DNA of 37,123 nt from a virus. Its lineage: Duplodnaviria > Caudoviricetes. The notes beneath the pieces were generated by a model. The model was not told the origin of the DNA. It saw only the letters and a program-made list of their open reading frames with translations, and searched no databases. The stretch lies in the IMG/VR virus record IMGVR_UViG_3300013014_001932, positions 1 through 37,123 of that record, one strand, 5' to 3'. How positions within the stretch are numbered: the first letter of the stretch is position 1; every line of letters begins with the position of its first letter. Below, in pieces: positions 7,991 through 17,795 of this stretch. The translations under genes and the position numbers were made by a program.

Positions 7991-9831
7991 TATATTGTCC
8001 AGATAAATACATTAGAGAAGTTAAAGATGTTAATGCTGAATTAGCAGAACTTAAGGGCTATCTTAATGATAAAGAAGCTAAAATTAGTTTAGCAAAATTT
8101 CTTAGATCAAATCTTGGGTTTACAACAGAACTTATTAGTGGAGTAAAACTAGCCCCTTATCAAGAGATACATCTTAAAGCTTTGATGAATAGAAATTTCA
8201 ACATGTGCGTCTTTGGTCGTGGTTGTGGTAAATCATTTATCGCTGCAGTATTTTGTTTTCTTCAATGCGTATTCGAACCAAATACTAAAATTCTTATAGC
8301 TGGGCCAACATTTAGAACTGCTAGATTTATTTTTAATAATTTGGAAAAAATAGTCGAAAGTTCTGGAGCAGAGTTATTAGCTCAATGTTTTGGCGCAAAA
8401 GCAAAGCGTAATGATCAATTTGAATGGCAAATTAATGGTGGAAGTATAGTAGCTATTCCTCTAAACGGAGAAAAGATTCGAGGATTTCGAGCAAACATCC
8501 TTGTGCTTGACGAGTTTCTTTTGCTTCCAGAAGAAATTATTAAAAACGTATTAATGCCATTCTTAGTAGCTCCACAAAACATCAAAGAGAGAATGGAGAT
8601 ACGAGAATTTGAAGACAAATTAATCCAAGAAGGCTCAATGAAAGAAGAAGATAGAATGGTATTTGAAAATACAAGTAAAATGGTAGCTCTATCTTCTGCT
8701 AGTTATACTTTTGAAAATCTTTATAAAACATATTCTGAATGGTGTACAAAAATTTTAGAAAAAGAACAAGGCGAAGCAAAATACTTTGTAAGTCAATTAA
8801 GCTATGAAGCTTTGCCAGAAGAAATGATTGATAAAACAATTATTGAAGAAGCTCAAGCTGGCGGATCGAGTCATAGTAGTTTTCTTAGAGAATATTGCGC
8901 GCGATTTACTGATGGAAGTGACAGTTATTTTAATGCAAAAAAGATGGAAGAATGTACCTTGAAATTAGGAGAAAAACCCCATACTCTTTTAAAAGGCGAA
9001 TCAAATAAAAAATATATTCTTGGAATAGATCCTAATATGAGTGATAGTCCAAATGCAGATTATTTTGCTATGGCAGTATTAGAAATAGATGAAGAAACAA
9101 AAACATCTAGTTTAGTACATACTTACGCTGGTTTAGGTAATTTAAAAAATCACGTTGCATATTTTCATTATATAATGACTCATTTTAATATTATATTTAT
9201 CATACTTGATAATGCGGGTTCAGATGTATTCTTATCTAGCTGTAATGAATCAGAGCTATTTAAAAAGGATAAATTAAATATTAAATTATTAGATTTTAAT
9301 TCAGATTTAGAGGGTCTAGATTATGATTTAATGGTACGAGATATTAGAAATAAATATAATTTACAAGATGGTAGAATAGCTATTAACCAAGTATTTACTA
9401 GTAATTTTATTAGAAAAGGCAACGAATATCTTCAAGCATGTATTGATTATAAGAAAATTTGGTTTGCTTCAAATACTGGTGGTAATGAAGATTTCTTTAA
9501 TAAAGTCATGAATAGTAATGCTAATTTAAGCTTAATCCGCACAGAAGACAAGAAAGATTGGACTACTTTAGATTTTATAGAAAACCAAGATGATTTCATA
9601 TATCAAACCAAAAAACAATGTGCTTTAGTTGAATATACATCTACTAGCCGTGGTAATCAAAACTTTGATTTACCTCAACATTTAAAAAGAAGTGCTTCTG
9701 CAAATAAAGCTAGAAAAGATAACTATTCAGCTTTAATGCTTGCAAATTGGGGCTATAAATGCTATAATGATATTATGTCTCAGCCAGAAATATTAGAAAT
9801 TCCAACTTTTTCGCCTATAATGATTACATAA
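7987..9831 (+). CDS. terL: Terminase large subunit
   Basis: LAPYQ adenine motif, GRGCGKS Walker A, IRGFRANILVLDE Walker B, ALSSA motif III, ILGIDP RNase-H motif, KDNYSALMLA. Confidence 0.93.
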   Translation: MIYCPDKYIREVKDVNAELAELKGYLNDKEAKISLAKFLRSNLGFTTELISGVKLAPYQEIHLKALMNRNFNMCVFGRGCGKSFIAAVFCFLQCVFEPNTKILIAGPTFRTARFIFNNLEKIVESSGAELLAQCFGAKAKRNDQFEWQINGGSIVAIPLNGEKIRGFRANILVLDEFLLLPEEIIKNVLMPFLVAPQNIKERMEIREFEDKLIQEGSMKEEDRMVFENTSKMVALSSASYTFENLYKTYSEWCTKILEKEQGEAKYFVSQLSYEALPEEMIDKTIIEEAQAGGSSHSSFLREYCARFTDGSDSYFNAKKMEECTLKLGEKPHTLLKGESNKKYILGIDPNMSDSPNADYFAMAVLEIDEETKTSSLVHTYAGLGNLKNHVAYFHYIMTHFNIIFIILDNAGSDVFLSSCNESELFKKDKLNIKLLDFNSDLEGLDYDLMVRDIRNKYNLQDGRIAINQVFTSNFIRKGNEYLQACIDYKKIWFASNTGGNEDFFNKVMNSNANLSLIRTEDKKDWTTLDFIENQDDFIYQTKKQCALVEYTSTSRGNQNFDLPQHLKRSASANKARKDNYSALMLANWGYKCYNDIMSQPEILEIPTFSPIMIT

Positions 9832-9832
9832 A

Positions 9833-9839
9833 GTGTAAT
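9833..9839 (+). promoter_or_regulatory. GTGTAAT motif upstream of the portal gene
   Basis: 12 nt before ATG 9845. Confidence 0.6.
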
Positions 9840-9844
9840 AATTT

Positions 9845-11761
9845 ATGAAAATGTCAAAAAAAGAACAGAATAAATCAAAAAAAGCGAAAAATAACGATAT
9901 TCAACCCTTGATGGTAGCTGAAGCTAGTAGCGGTAAAACCTACGAAGCAACAGCCTCAGACGAGACTAGGACAAGAAGAAATCTAGCTGGAAATATAACA
10001 AGAACAGAAAGATATAAGAATATTGATGATGGCTTAATTCCATTTAAATACTCTACTGGTATCAAAGGTAGTTCAAACATCAATATCCGTGACGCAGTTA
10101 TTCTTTGTCAAAAATGCTATTATAACTTTGCGATTTTCCGTAACACGATTGACTTAATGACAGAATTTAGTTCTAGCAATATATACTTTCAAGGCGGAAG
10201 TCAAAAAAGTAGAGATTTCTTTTCTGCATTATTTAAAAAGATAAATATATCAGATTTACAAGATAAGTTTTTTAGAGAGTATTATCGTTCTGGCAATGTA
10301 TTTCTTTATAGATTCGACACTCAAATTCAAGATTCTGATATAAGTAAAATCACTCAAACATTTGGCTTAACAAGCAAAGCTTCTGTTAGTTTACCAGCAA
10401 GATATATTGTTTTAAATCCAGCAGATATTCAAATTGGTGGAAGTATTAATTTTGCAGTTGGTAGATATTATAAGATTTTAAGTGATTATGAATTAGAGAG
10501 ATTAAAGAATCCAAAAACAGATGAAGACAAGGAAGTATTTAATAGCTTACCAAAAGAAACTCAAAATCTAGTAATGCAAAAAGGCATAGGAATATTAAGT
10601 ATTCCACTCGAAAGAGATAAGATCGCAGCTGTATTTTATAAGAAACAAGACTACGAGCCATTTGCTGTTCCTATGGGTTTTCCAGTATTAGAAGATATCA
10701 ACTGGAAAGCCGAGATGAAAAAAATGGACATGGCTATTACAAGAACCATGCAACAAGCTGTTCTTTTAATTACTATGGGAGATACTCCTAATAATGGAGG
10801 TATTAACCAAAAGAATCTTGAAGCCATGAGAAGTCTTTTTGAAAATCAAAGTATTGGTAGAGTTCTTATTGCAGATTATACAACTAAAGCCCAATTTGTT
10901 ATTCCAGAAATTGGTAATCTTATTGGTCCAGAAAAGTATGAAGTTGTAGATAGAGATATTCAAATTGGGTTAAATAATATTCTTATTGGTAGTGAAAAAT
11001 TTGCTAATACTAGCATCAAAGTCCAAGTATTCATGGAAAGATTAAAGCAAGCTCGTCAAACTTTTATTACTGAATTTTTAGTCCCAGAAATCCGCAGAAT
11101 AAGCAAGGATCTTGGTTTTAAAAATTATCCAGAACCAGTTTTTGAAGATATTGATCTTAAAGATGATGTTCAATATTCAAGAATTTTCAATAGACTTATG
11201 GAGCTTGGAATCTTAACTCCAGAAGAAGGACTAAAAGCTATTGAAACTGGCAGACTTCCTACTAACGAAGAATCACTTGAATCACAAGTAAAATATAAAG
11301 AATTAAGAGATCAAGGATTTTATCAACCATTAATTGGAGGAGCTCAAGCTGGAGGTGCTGGTAGACCAGCTGGATCAACTGGAATTCCTCAAAGCACTAA
11401 AAATGTCAAACCAATCGGCCAAGGACAACAATCAAAAGCTTCTATTGAAGAAAAATATAGCGTATTAAAAATTAAAGAAAATCTTTCTAAAGCTCAAAAA
11501 CTAGAAGAAGAAGTTGGTGCAAAACTCAGAGAAATGCATAATATTAAAAAAATGAGCAATCAACAAAAAGAAATAGCAGAGCAAATTTCTCATATTATTA
11601 TTGCTAATGAAAATCCAGAAAATTGGAACGATAAAATTTCAGATTATATTTCTAATCCAGTAGATACAAATGACGAAGCAGTTAAAGAAATTCAAGAGAT
11701 CGCTTATAATCACCAACTCGATAGTTATATCTCAAGCATATTGAGACATAGTAAGGTTTAA
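9845..11761 (+). CDS. Portal protein
   Basis: Directly follows TerL; 638 aa; FRNTIDLMTEF, FFREYYRSGNVF, YKKQDYEPFAVP and ELGILTPEEG segments fit a portal architecture. Confidence 0.8.
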   Translation: MKMSKKEQNKSKKAKNNDIQPLMVAEASSGKTYEATASDETRTRRNLAGNITRTERYKNIDDGLIPFKYSTGIKGSSNINIRDAVILCQKCYYNFAIFRNTIDLMTEFSSSNIYFQGGSQKSRDFFSALFKKINISDLQDKFFREYYRSGNVFLYRFDTQIQDSDISKITQTFGLTSKASVSLPARYIVLNPADIQIGGSINFAVGRYYKILSDYELERLKNPKTDEDKEVFNSLPKETQNLVMQKGIGILSIPLERDKIAAVFYKKQDYEPFAVPMGFPVLEDINWKAEMKKMDMAITRTMQQAVLLITMGDTPNNGGINQKNLEAMRSLFENQSIGRVLIADYTTKAQFVIPEIGNLIGPEKYEVVDRDIQIGLNNILIGSEKFANTSIKVQVFMERLKQARQTFITEFLVPEIRRISKDLGFKNYPEPVFEDIDLKDDVQYSRIFNRLMELGILTPEEGLKAIETGRLPTNEESLESQVKYKELRDQGFYQPLIGGAQAGGAGRPAGSTGIPQSTKNVKPIGQGQQSKASIEEKYSVLKIKENLSKAQKLEEEVGAKLREMHNIKKMSNQQKEIAEQISHIIIANENPENWNDKISDYISNPVDTNDEAVKEIQEIAYNHQLDSYISSILRHSKV

Positions 11762-11774
11762 TTTAAATTAATTA

Positions 11775-13280
11775 TTAAGCCCACCAAATTTGGGAGGCTC
11801 CAGAAAAGCCACCAAAAAATCTTTGACTGGAATTATTATTTATTGTTGTAAAAGTATTTGCTCCGAGTGATGGCGTAGTTCCTGTTGTTACGAATATTGA
11901 AGCTGTTCCAGTCGGATATACAGCTAGAGTTCCACCAGATCTATTTCTTATTTCTACTTGAGAGCCATATAGCCATGTTGGAAGAGCTACGGCTCCATTT
12001 GCAGAAGCATTAGCAAAACCAGTTACTATTACTGAATCCGATGCGACATTTACTGAATTTGCTTGAACTGTAAATTGGCTAGCCCCACTTACTTGCGTAA
12101 TACCAATTGTTAATCTACCAGAAATTCCGATAATATCATTTGTATAAGCATTTGCTCCAGTACCTAGAGTAGCATTTCCACTTACAGTTAAATTTTGTGC
12201 AATATTTAAACTATCATCAGTAAACAAAGTATTATTATTACCATAAAGATTTGCAGAAGATGCGGTATTAGAATCAAATACTAAAGCATCTGCTGGAGTG
12301 AATGCATTTATTAGATTAATTGGTCCAGCATATATAGATAATGTTTGACCCGCGCTAGATCCTAATGTCACATTTCCATCTACAATCAAACTATCATCTG
12401 TTTTTAAAGTATCTGCTGCGGAACGATAAAGATTAGCGTCTGCACCAAGCACCAAAGCGTCAGCAGCTGATGTAGCATTCGGTAGATTAACTGGTCCAGC
12501 GTTAATTGTAACTGTGTCTGCATTACTGTCTCCTAAAATAGTATTACCATCAACATTAAAGTTGCCTACAATTCCTAAATTATCATCTGTTCTTAAGGTA
12601 TCTACACCAGAACGATAAAGATTTGTGTCTTGGCCAATTGTTATTCCAACATTAACAGCCGTATTATTTAAATGTAATGTATTTTTTCCACCATCAAAAG
12701 TAATTCCAAAACGGTCATCTGTTGATAATACATCATTTCCAGAACGAAAAAGAGTACAATTTCCACCAATAGTCATTCCAACATCAGCTGTAGTATCAGT
12801 TAAATTTAAAGTATTTTTTCCATAATTTCCACTTACATTCCATCTTTGATTAGATACCCAACCGCTAGCAGGAGTTGAATTTCTATATACTATAACCTTA
12901 TCTTGTACTCCTCTTGTAGAATCAAGACTTGTTGATTTTACTACAATACCACCATCGTTAGCACCAGCATCATCAGAAAATGCAGCGGTAGTATAATTTC
13001 CTCCACCAATTGCTGTTCCAGTAGCTACATTTAATTCAAGACTTTTGTCTTCTGCAATAACTTGAGATACTGCGAATTGAGCAGTAGTTCCATATACATT
13101 TAAATTTCCAGTAACATTAAGATCGCCATTAAAAAATCCAGTTCCATCTAATCTAATATTTCCACCACTCACATGCAATAATTGTACTGGATTAATTGTA
13201 CCAATACCAATTTTGCCTTGATTATAGGCTGTACCTTCTACTCTATAGTAATTCTCATGATATTCTGGAATATAAGACAT
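11775..13280 (-). CDS. Virion fibre/spike-like protein
   Basis: GKIGIGTINP..LLHVSG motif; four L(Y/F)RSxxDxLxTDD-type repeats; G/S/T/N-rich. Confidence 0.65.
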   Translation of the reverse strand: MSYIPEYHENYYRVEGTAYNQGKIGIGTINPVQLLHVSGGNIRLDGTGFFNGDLNVTGNLNVYGTTAQFAVSQVIAEDKSLELNVATGTAIGGGNYTTAAFSDDAGANDGGIVVKSTSLDSTRGVQDKVIVYRNSTPASGWVSNQRWNVSGNYGKNTLNLTDTTADVGMTIGGNCTLFRSGNDVLSTDDRFGITFDGGKNTLHLNNTAVNVGITIGQDTNLYRSGVDTLRTDDNLGIVGNFNVDGNTILGDSNADTVTINAGPVNLPNATSAADALVLGADANLYRSAADTLKTDDSLIVDGNVTLGSSAGQTLSIYAGPINLINAFTPADALVFDSNTASSANLYGNNNTLFTDDSLNIAQNLTVSGNATLGTGANAYTNDIIGISGRLTIGITQVSGASQFTVQANSVNVASDSVIVTGFANASANGAVALPTWLYGSQVEIRNRSGGTLAVYPTGTASIFVTTGTTPSLGANTFTTINNNSSQRFFGGFSGASQIWWA

Positions 13281-13310
13281 AGTTACCTTTTACCTTTCAT
13301 TTTATTACAC
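13281..13310 (-). promoter_or_regulatory. GTGTAA plus conserved leader ATGAAAGGTAAAAGGTAACT-ATG
   Basis: GTGTAA is the Val codon and stop of the upstream gene. The leader matches those at 17757-17789 and 20601-20631. Confidence 0.65.
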
Positions 13311-16300
13311 CAAAAACCAGCCACTTCCATTACTTAAAAATTCATGACTAGCAAATCTTTGATCTATCATAAATCCAGTAAAGAATAAGTCTATTTTTTC
13401 TGAACCAGTACAGAAGACCATAATATTACCTTGACCTAGATTTTTTACAGTATATAGTACGCCACTATTTTGACTTACAGGAGGTAAGTATAAATTAGTA
13501 GTTTTCATTATTGGGGTATTAATTAAAGTATATCTACCAGTTATAATTGCTGAAGTTGGATTACCATCTAAAAATGTAGTGGCTAATCCGCTTATTCTAC
13601 CTGCTTCATGAGGTTGATAATCATAATTACAATCTCCATTACAAAAATCTGGTTTTGCGATTACTCCATCTTTTAATGAAACTGTTTGTGCATATCCATT
13701 ATTATAACCGCTAGGATAATTTACTGTTGGACTTCCAATTGTATCCCAACCAAGATCTAAACCAGTCGGTTGCCATAAACCAATTTTATGAGTATAATTT
13801 ATTCCATCGGTACCAATTACAGTTTCTATAGTGTTATTATATGGATTTGCACTTGCGTTGTTACAATTGCCTTGAAGATCAGAGGGAGTATAACACCATA
13901 TGCTACCATCTAGATTTCTAACTGTAGCTTCTTGGAATATTCTTCCAGCTAAAAATTGACCAGTTTCTCCAATACCAGTTGAGAGTACAAGATCACCATC
14001 TATTTTAAAGTTTCCTCCAGATACTATCGCTCTTATATCTCCAGGTTGATTAACTTGAGAAGGATTATCTGGAATATTATCATATCTATTTTTATCATAG
14101 AATTTAAAGTATCCGCCTTCTGTTGCATCAAGTAAAACATTTCCACTTCTTACATGTAAAAGTTCTTGAGGATTTTCGAATGGTAAAGTGCCGCTGGTTC
14201 CAATTCCTATATTTCCATTTTCTAAAATTGTTATTTTTCCAGAATTATTAACACCAATTTGCATAACATTATTCATGTTATTTTGGCTTAATTTATAACC
14301 AGCATTTCCACTTAATGGTATAGTAATACTATCTCCAAGAACCATAACTCCTGTTAAACCACTAGAAATTATATTATTATTTCCTACAGTATAATTAAAG
14401 TTTCCAGTTTGAAGATTATTTCCATATCCAATAACCCACGAATCTATTCCACTATTTAAGTTTCCAGAACCAACATTAATTTGATTTCTAGAGAATGAGG
14501 TATTTTCTAAACCGAATGTTAATGTACGAGTTGAGTCGATACTTATTCTGTTACCATATCCATAAGTCGCAGAATCTGCCCCAGTTACATGATTACCACT
14601 TCCATAAACACTTAAGTTAATAGCATTAGAAGTATTACCTCTTCCAAAAATGTTGGCATTTGTACCACTAAAAGAATTAATGTTTCCATATCCAACGACC
14701 ATACTATTAACGCCACTATTTCTGTTTCCGCTACCAAAGACAACTTCATCGGCTCCTGATACAATATTACCCATTCCAAATACGTGAGTACGAGTAGACG
14801 TTAAAGCTGCTGTGTTATTGTATCCATAAATTGCGGAATCGTTTCCACTTGCAGTATTCCCGCTACCATAAATACTAACTCTGTTAGCGTTATTGTAATT
14901 TCCTCTACCAAAAAGATTTGCGTCTGTTCCGCTGAATTCGTTTGTATTACCATATCCAACGACCATACTATTAACGCCACTATTTCTGTTTCCGCTACCA
15001 ACTATTATAGCATCTGCGCCAGAAGAAATATTCTCAAATCCAAAAATATGAGATCTTGTAGAGGTAGACGAAACCCTATTTCCATATCCATAAGTAGCAG
15101 AATATCCTCCAGTTACATGATTACCGCTTCCATAGACGCTTAATCCAATTGTGTGAGAAGTATTACCTCTTCCAAAAATATTTGCGTCTGTTGCGTTAAT
15201 ACTATTAACATTTCCATATCCAACGACCATACTATTTATTGCGCTATTTCTGTTTCCGCTACCAACAACAACTTCATCTGCTCCAGAAACAACATTTCCT
15301 AATCCAAATACATGAGTTTTTGTTGCTGCATTTGATACCAAATTTGTATACCCAAATACTGCAGCACTAGATCCGCTTACAGAATTTCCAGACCCAACTA
15401 ATGTTGTATTTGTACCAGTTGTATAATTATCTCTTCCAAAAACATTACTAAAATTAGAACCAATAACGCCAGTATTTGCGTATCCAACCATAATTGTATT
15501 ATCAGATCCATCATTTAAAGTATTTGCTTTTCCAAGTATAGTAGAATTATCTGAGTTATTGTAATTATCTCCTCCTAGTACATAAGAACATGTTCCTGGA
15601 TTATTTATTTGATTACTTCTTCCAAAAATAAAAGATTGAAAACCGCTAGAAGTATTTCCACTTCCGATTATAAATAATTCATCATCAAAAGCTACATTTC
15701 CACGGCCAAAAATATTAGAATTAAAAGCATTTAATGAAACTCTATTCTCTTTTCCAACTACAATTGTATTATATCCAGAAATTACATTTAATGTTCCAAT
15801 TAAATCACTACTATAACCTTGTCCAGTAACTGTATTAGTTCTACCGAAAATGTTAGATAAACCGCCAGACAATGATACCTGAGTATCATAAGATAAGGAA
15901 ATAATATCTGTTCCAGAATAATTAGAATTTCTTCCTGCAAGCCAATTTCCAGTACCAACATCTCGGATTCCTAATCCAAATAAATAAGAATCTTGACTAG
16001 ATGTATAATTATCTCTTCCAACAATAAAATTACCAGTAAAATCATCTCTGTTGCCTCTTCCATGAATATATGTATTTCTGCCAGAAGTAGTATTTTCTCT
16101 TCCAATAATAAAATTACCAGTTCCTCTATCTGCATTAAACGCGCCAATTTCATAACCATTAATTCCGCTGGTTTGCGAATTTCTTCCGATGATAAAGTTA
16201 CCACTGCCTCGATCAGCATTCGCTTGTCCATGGATATACGAATTTGTACCAGATGTTACGTTTTCTCTACCGATTGTAAAGTTACCTGTGCCTCTGTCTC

Positions 16301-17756
16301 CGTTTTGTAAACCAAATTGGTAGGTGTTAACTCCAGAGTCTTGGGAATTTCTTCCGATGATAAAGTTACCACTACCTTGGTCGGTATTTGCTTGTCCATG
16401 GATATACGAATTTGTACCAGATGTTACGTTTTCTCTACCGATTGTAAAGTTACCTGTGCCTCTGTCTCCGTTTTGTAAACCAAATTGGTAGGTGTTAACT
16501 CCAGAGTCTTGCGAATTTCTTCCGATGATAAAGTTACCACTACCTTGGTCGGTATTTGCTTGTCCATGGATATACGAATTTGTACCAGATGTTACGTTTT
16601 CTCTACCGATTGTAAAGTTACCTGTGCCTCTGTTTCTATTTGTCGCGCCATACATATAAGTATTAACGCCAGAATCTTGAGACTCTCTACCTATTATAAA
16701 ATTACCACTACCATTTAAAAAATTTCTAGTACCTATTACATAAGATTCAATTCCATTTACTGTATTTTGATTATATCTTCCAACAGTAAAATTACCATCA
16801 CCAGAACCAGTATTACTACTTCCATAAATTTGAGAATTTAAATTTTGATTAAAATTTAATCTTCCATAAACATCAATTTCAATACCACTAACGTCATTTT
16901 CTAAACCATAAATAGAAATTTTTTCTAAAGAACCAGAATTAATTTTTGCTATATTTTGACGGCCATAAATAAGAGTTTGCTTTCCGCTTACTTGATTTCT
17001 ATCTCCATAAATTAAGGAATTTGCACCTGCTTCAGTGTTATTTCCTATATTATTATTTTGACCAGCTATATAAGTACCACTAGAGAATGAATACCCAGTA
17101 TTAGTATTACCAAATATTTTTATATTATTTGAATTTACAATATTATTATGACCATGAATATGATTATCTAATCCAGTTATATAATTATCTTCTCCAATAA
17201 TTGTAATATCATTTCCACTTACAAAATTTCCAGTACTAAAAATTCTATCATTATTTCCAAGCACATTATTTAAATCACCAAATACTTTTATATCAACACC
17301 AGTTGCATTATTTCTAGAACCAAATATTTCATTTCTTGTTCCAGTACTAACATTAAATTGTCCAATAGTTATAGAGTATAAACCTTTTGTATTATTTGTA
17401 TGACCAAGATCTGTTACTCCAGAATTTAAACCAGAAATTATTCCAGAACCATTTAATATAAAATTACCATCATATAATCTTAGGACACATGATCCAGGAT
17501 GAGGAAGATTTGCATCGAGTCCTTTTCCGCTTATCATTAAGTTTCCGCTTATAAATCTATATCTACCATAATAATTGCTTAAATCATCAAGAATATATGG
17601 ATCTAAATTATGAGTAACAAAATATTCATCATTAGTTAATCTATTTACATTATCAAGAGTTACTTTATATGTAACTCCATCTTGAACTATAGGAAAAATA
17701 TCCCCTGTTCTTGGATATGGATTTTCAAATAACTGAGATATTTTCTTGTTTGCCAT
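13305..17756 (-). CDS. Large fibre/adhesin with ~14-residue GxxN beta-roll repeats (YadA-head-like)
   Basis: N-terminal MANKKISQL...DIFPIVQ.G.T.KV fibre anchor; roughly 1000 aa of (I/V/F)GxxN repeats; GNIGIGT motif. Confidence 0.75.
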   Translation of the reverse strand: MANKKISQLFENPYPRTGDIFPIVQDGVTYKVTLDNVNRLTNDEYFVTHNLDPYILDDLSNYYGRYRFISGNLMISGKGLDANLPHPGSCVLRLYDGNFILNGSGIISGLNSGVTDLGHTNNTKGLYSITIGQFNVSTGTRNEIFGSRNNATGVDIKVFGDLNNVLGNNDRIFSTGNFVSGNDITIIGEDNYITGLDNHIHGHNNIVNSNNIKIFGNTNTGYSFSSGTYIAGQNNNIGNNTEAGANSLIYGDRNQVSGKQTLIYGRQNIAKINSGSLEKISIYGLENDVSGIEIDVYGRLNFNQNLNSQIYGSSNTGSGDGNFTVGRYNQNTVNGIESYVIGTRNFLNGSGNFIIGRESQDSGVNTYMYGATNRNRGTGNFTIGRENVTSGTNSYIHGQANTDQGSGNFIIGRNSQDSGVNTYQFGLQNGDRGTGNFTIGRENVTSGTNSYIHGQANTDQGSGNFIIGRNSQDSGVNTYQFGLQNGDRGTGNFTIGRENVTSGTNSYIHGQANADRGSGNFIIGRNSQTSGINGYEIGAFNADRGTGNFIIGRENTTSGRNTYIHGRGNRDDFTGNFIVGRDNYTSSQDSYLFGLGIRDVGTGNWLAGRNSNYSGTDIISLSYDTQVSLSGGLSNIFGRTNTVTGQGYSSDLIGTLNVISGYNTIVVGKENRVSLNAFNSNIFGRGNVAFDDELFIIGSGNTSSGFQSFIFGRSNQINNPGTCSYVLGGDNYNNSDNSTILGKANTLNDGSDNTIMVGYANTGVIGSNFSNVFGRDNYTTGTNTTLVGSGNSVSGSSAAVFGYTNLVSNAATKTHVFGLGNVVSGADEVVVGSGNRNSAINSMVVGYGNVNSINATDANIFGRGNTSHTIGLSVYGSGNHVTGGYSATYGYGNRVSSTSTRSHIFGFENISSGADAIIVGSGNRNSGVNSMVVGYGNTNEFSGTDANLFGRGNYNNANRVSIYGSGNTASGNDSAIYGYNNTAALTSTRTHVFGMGNIVSGADEVVFGSGNRNSGVNSMVVGYGNINSFSGTNANIFGRGNTSNAINLSVYGSGNHVTGADSATYGYGNRISIDSTRTLTFGLENTSFSRNQINVGSGNLNSGIDSWVIGYGNNLQTGNFNYTVGNNNIISSGLTGVMVLGDSITIPLSGNAGYKLSQNNMNNVMQIGVNNSGKITILENGNIGIGTSGTLPFENPQELLHVRSGNVLLDATEGGYFKFYDKNRYDNIPDNPSQVNQPGDIRAIVSGGNFKIDGDLVLSTGIGETGQFLAGRIFQEATVRNLDGSIWCYTPSDLQGNCNNASANPYNNTIETVIGTDGINYTHKIGLWQPTGLDLGWDTIGSPTVNYPSGYNNGYAQTVSLKDGVIAKPDFCNGDCNYDYQPHEAGRISGLATTFLDGNPTSAIITGRYTLINTPIMKTTNLYLPPVSQNSGVLYTVKNLGQGNIMVFCTGSEKIDLFFTGFMIDQRFASHEFLSNGSGWFLV
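14560..15300 (-). repeat. Diverged 264-bp (88-aa) tandem repeat, about 3 copies
   Basis: CCATATCCAACGACCATACT recurs at 14686, 14950 and 15214 (264-bp spacing). Boundaries approximate. Confidence 0.85.
16173..16633 (-). repeat. Near-identical 168-bp (56-aa) tandem repeat, about 2.7 copies
   Basis: CCATGGATATACGAATTTGTACCAGATGTTACG recurs at 16228, 16396 and 16564. Confidence 0.95.
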
Positions 17757-17789
17757 TAAAATTTCCTTTTACCTATCATAAATTTACAC
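17757..17789 (-). promoter_or_regulatory. GTGTAA plus conserved leader ATGATAGGTAAAAGGAAATTTTA-ATG
   Basis: Same architecture as upstream of the other two inverted genes. Confidence 0.65.
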
Positions 17790-17795
17790 TTAAAA

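Noticed and set aside
11758-11771. TTAATTTAAATTAA palindrome at the convergent portal/fibre junction
   Set aside because: A/T only and short; too weak to call a terminator or an inversion site.
16173-16633. 168-bp repeats as a CRISPR array or DGR template/variable repeat
   Set aside because: They are contiguous in-frame coding repeats with no spacers and no adenine-specific mismatch pattern, and there is no reverse transcriptase or cas gene in the window.
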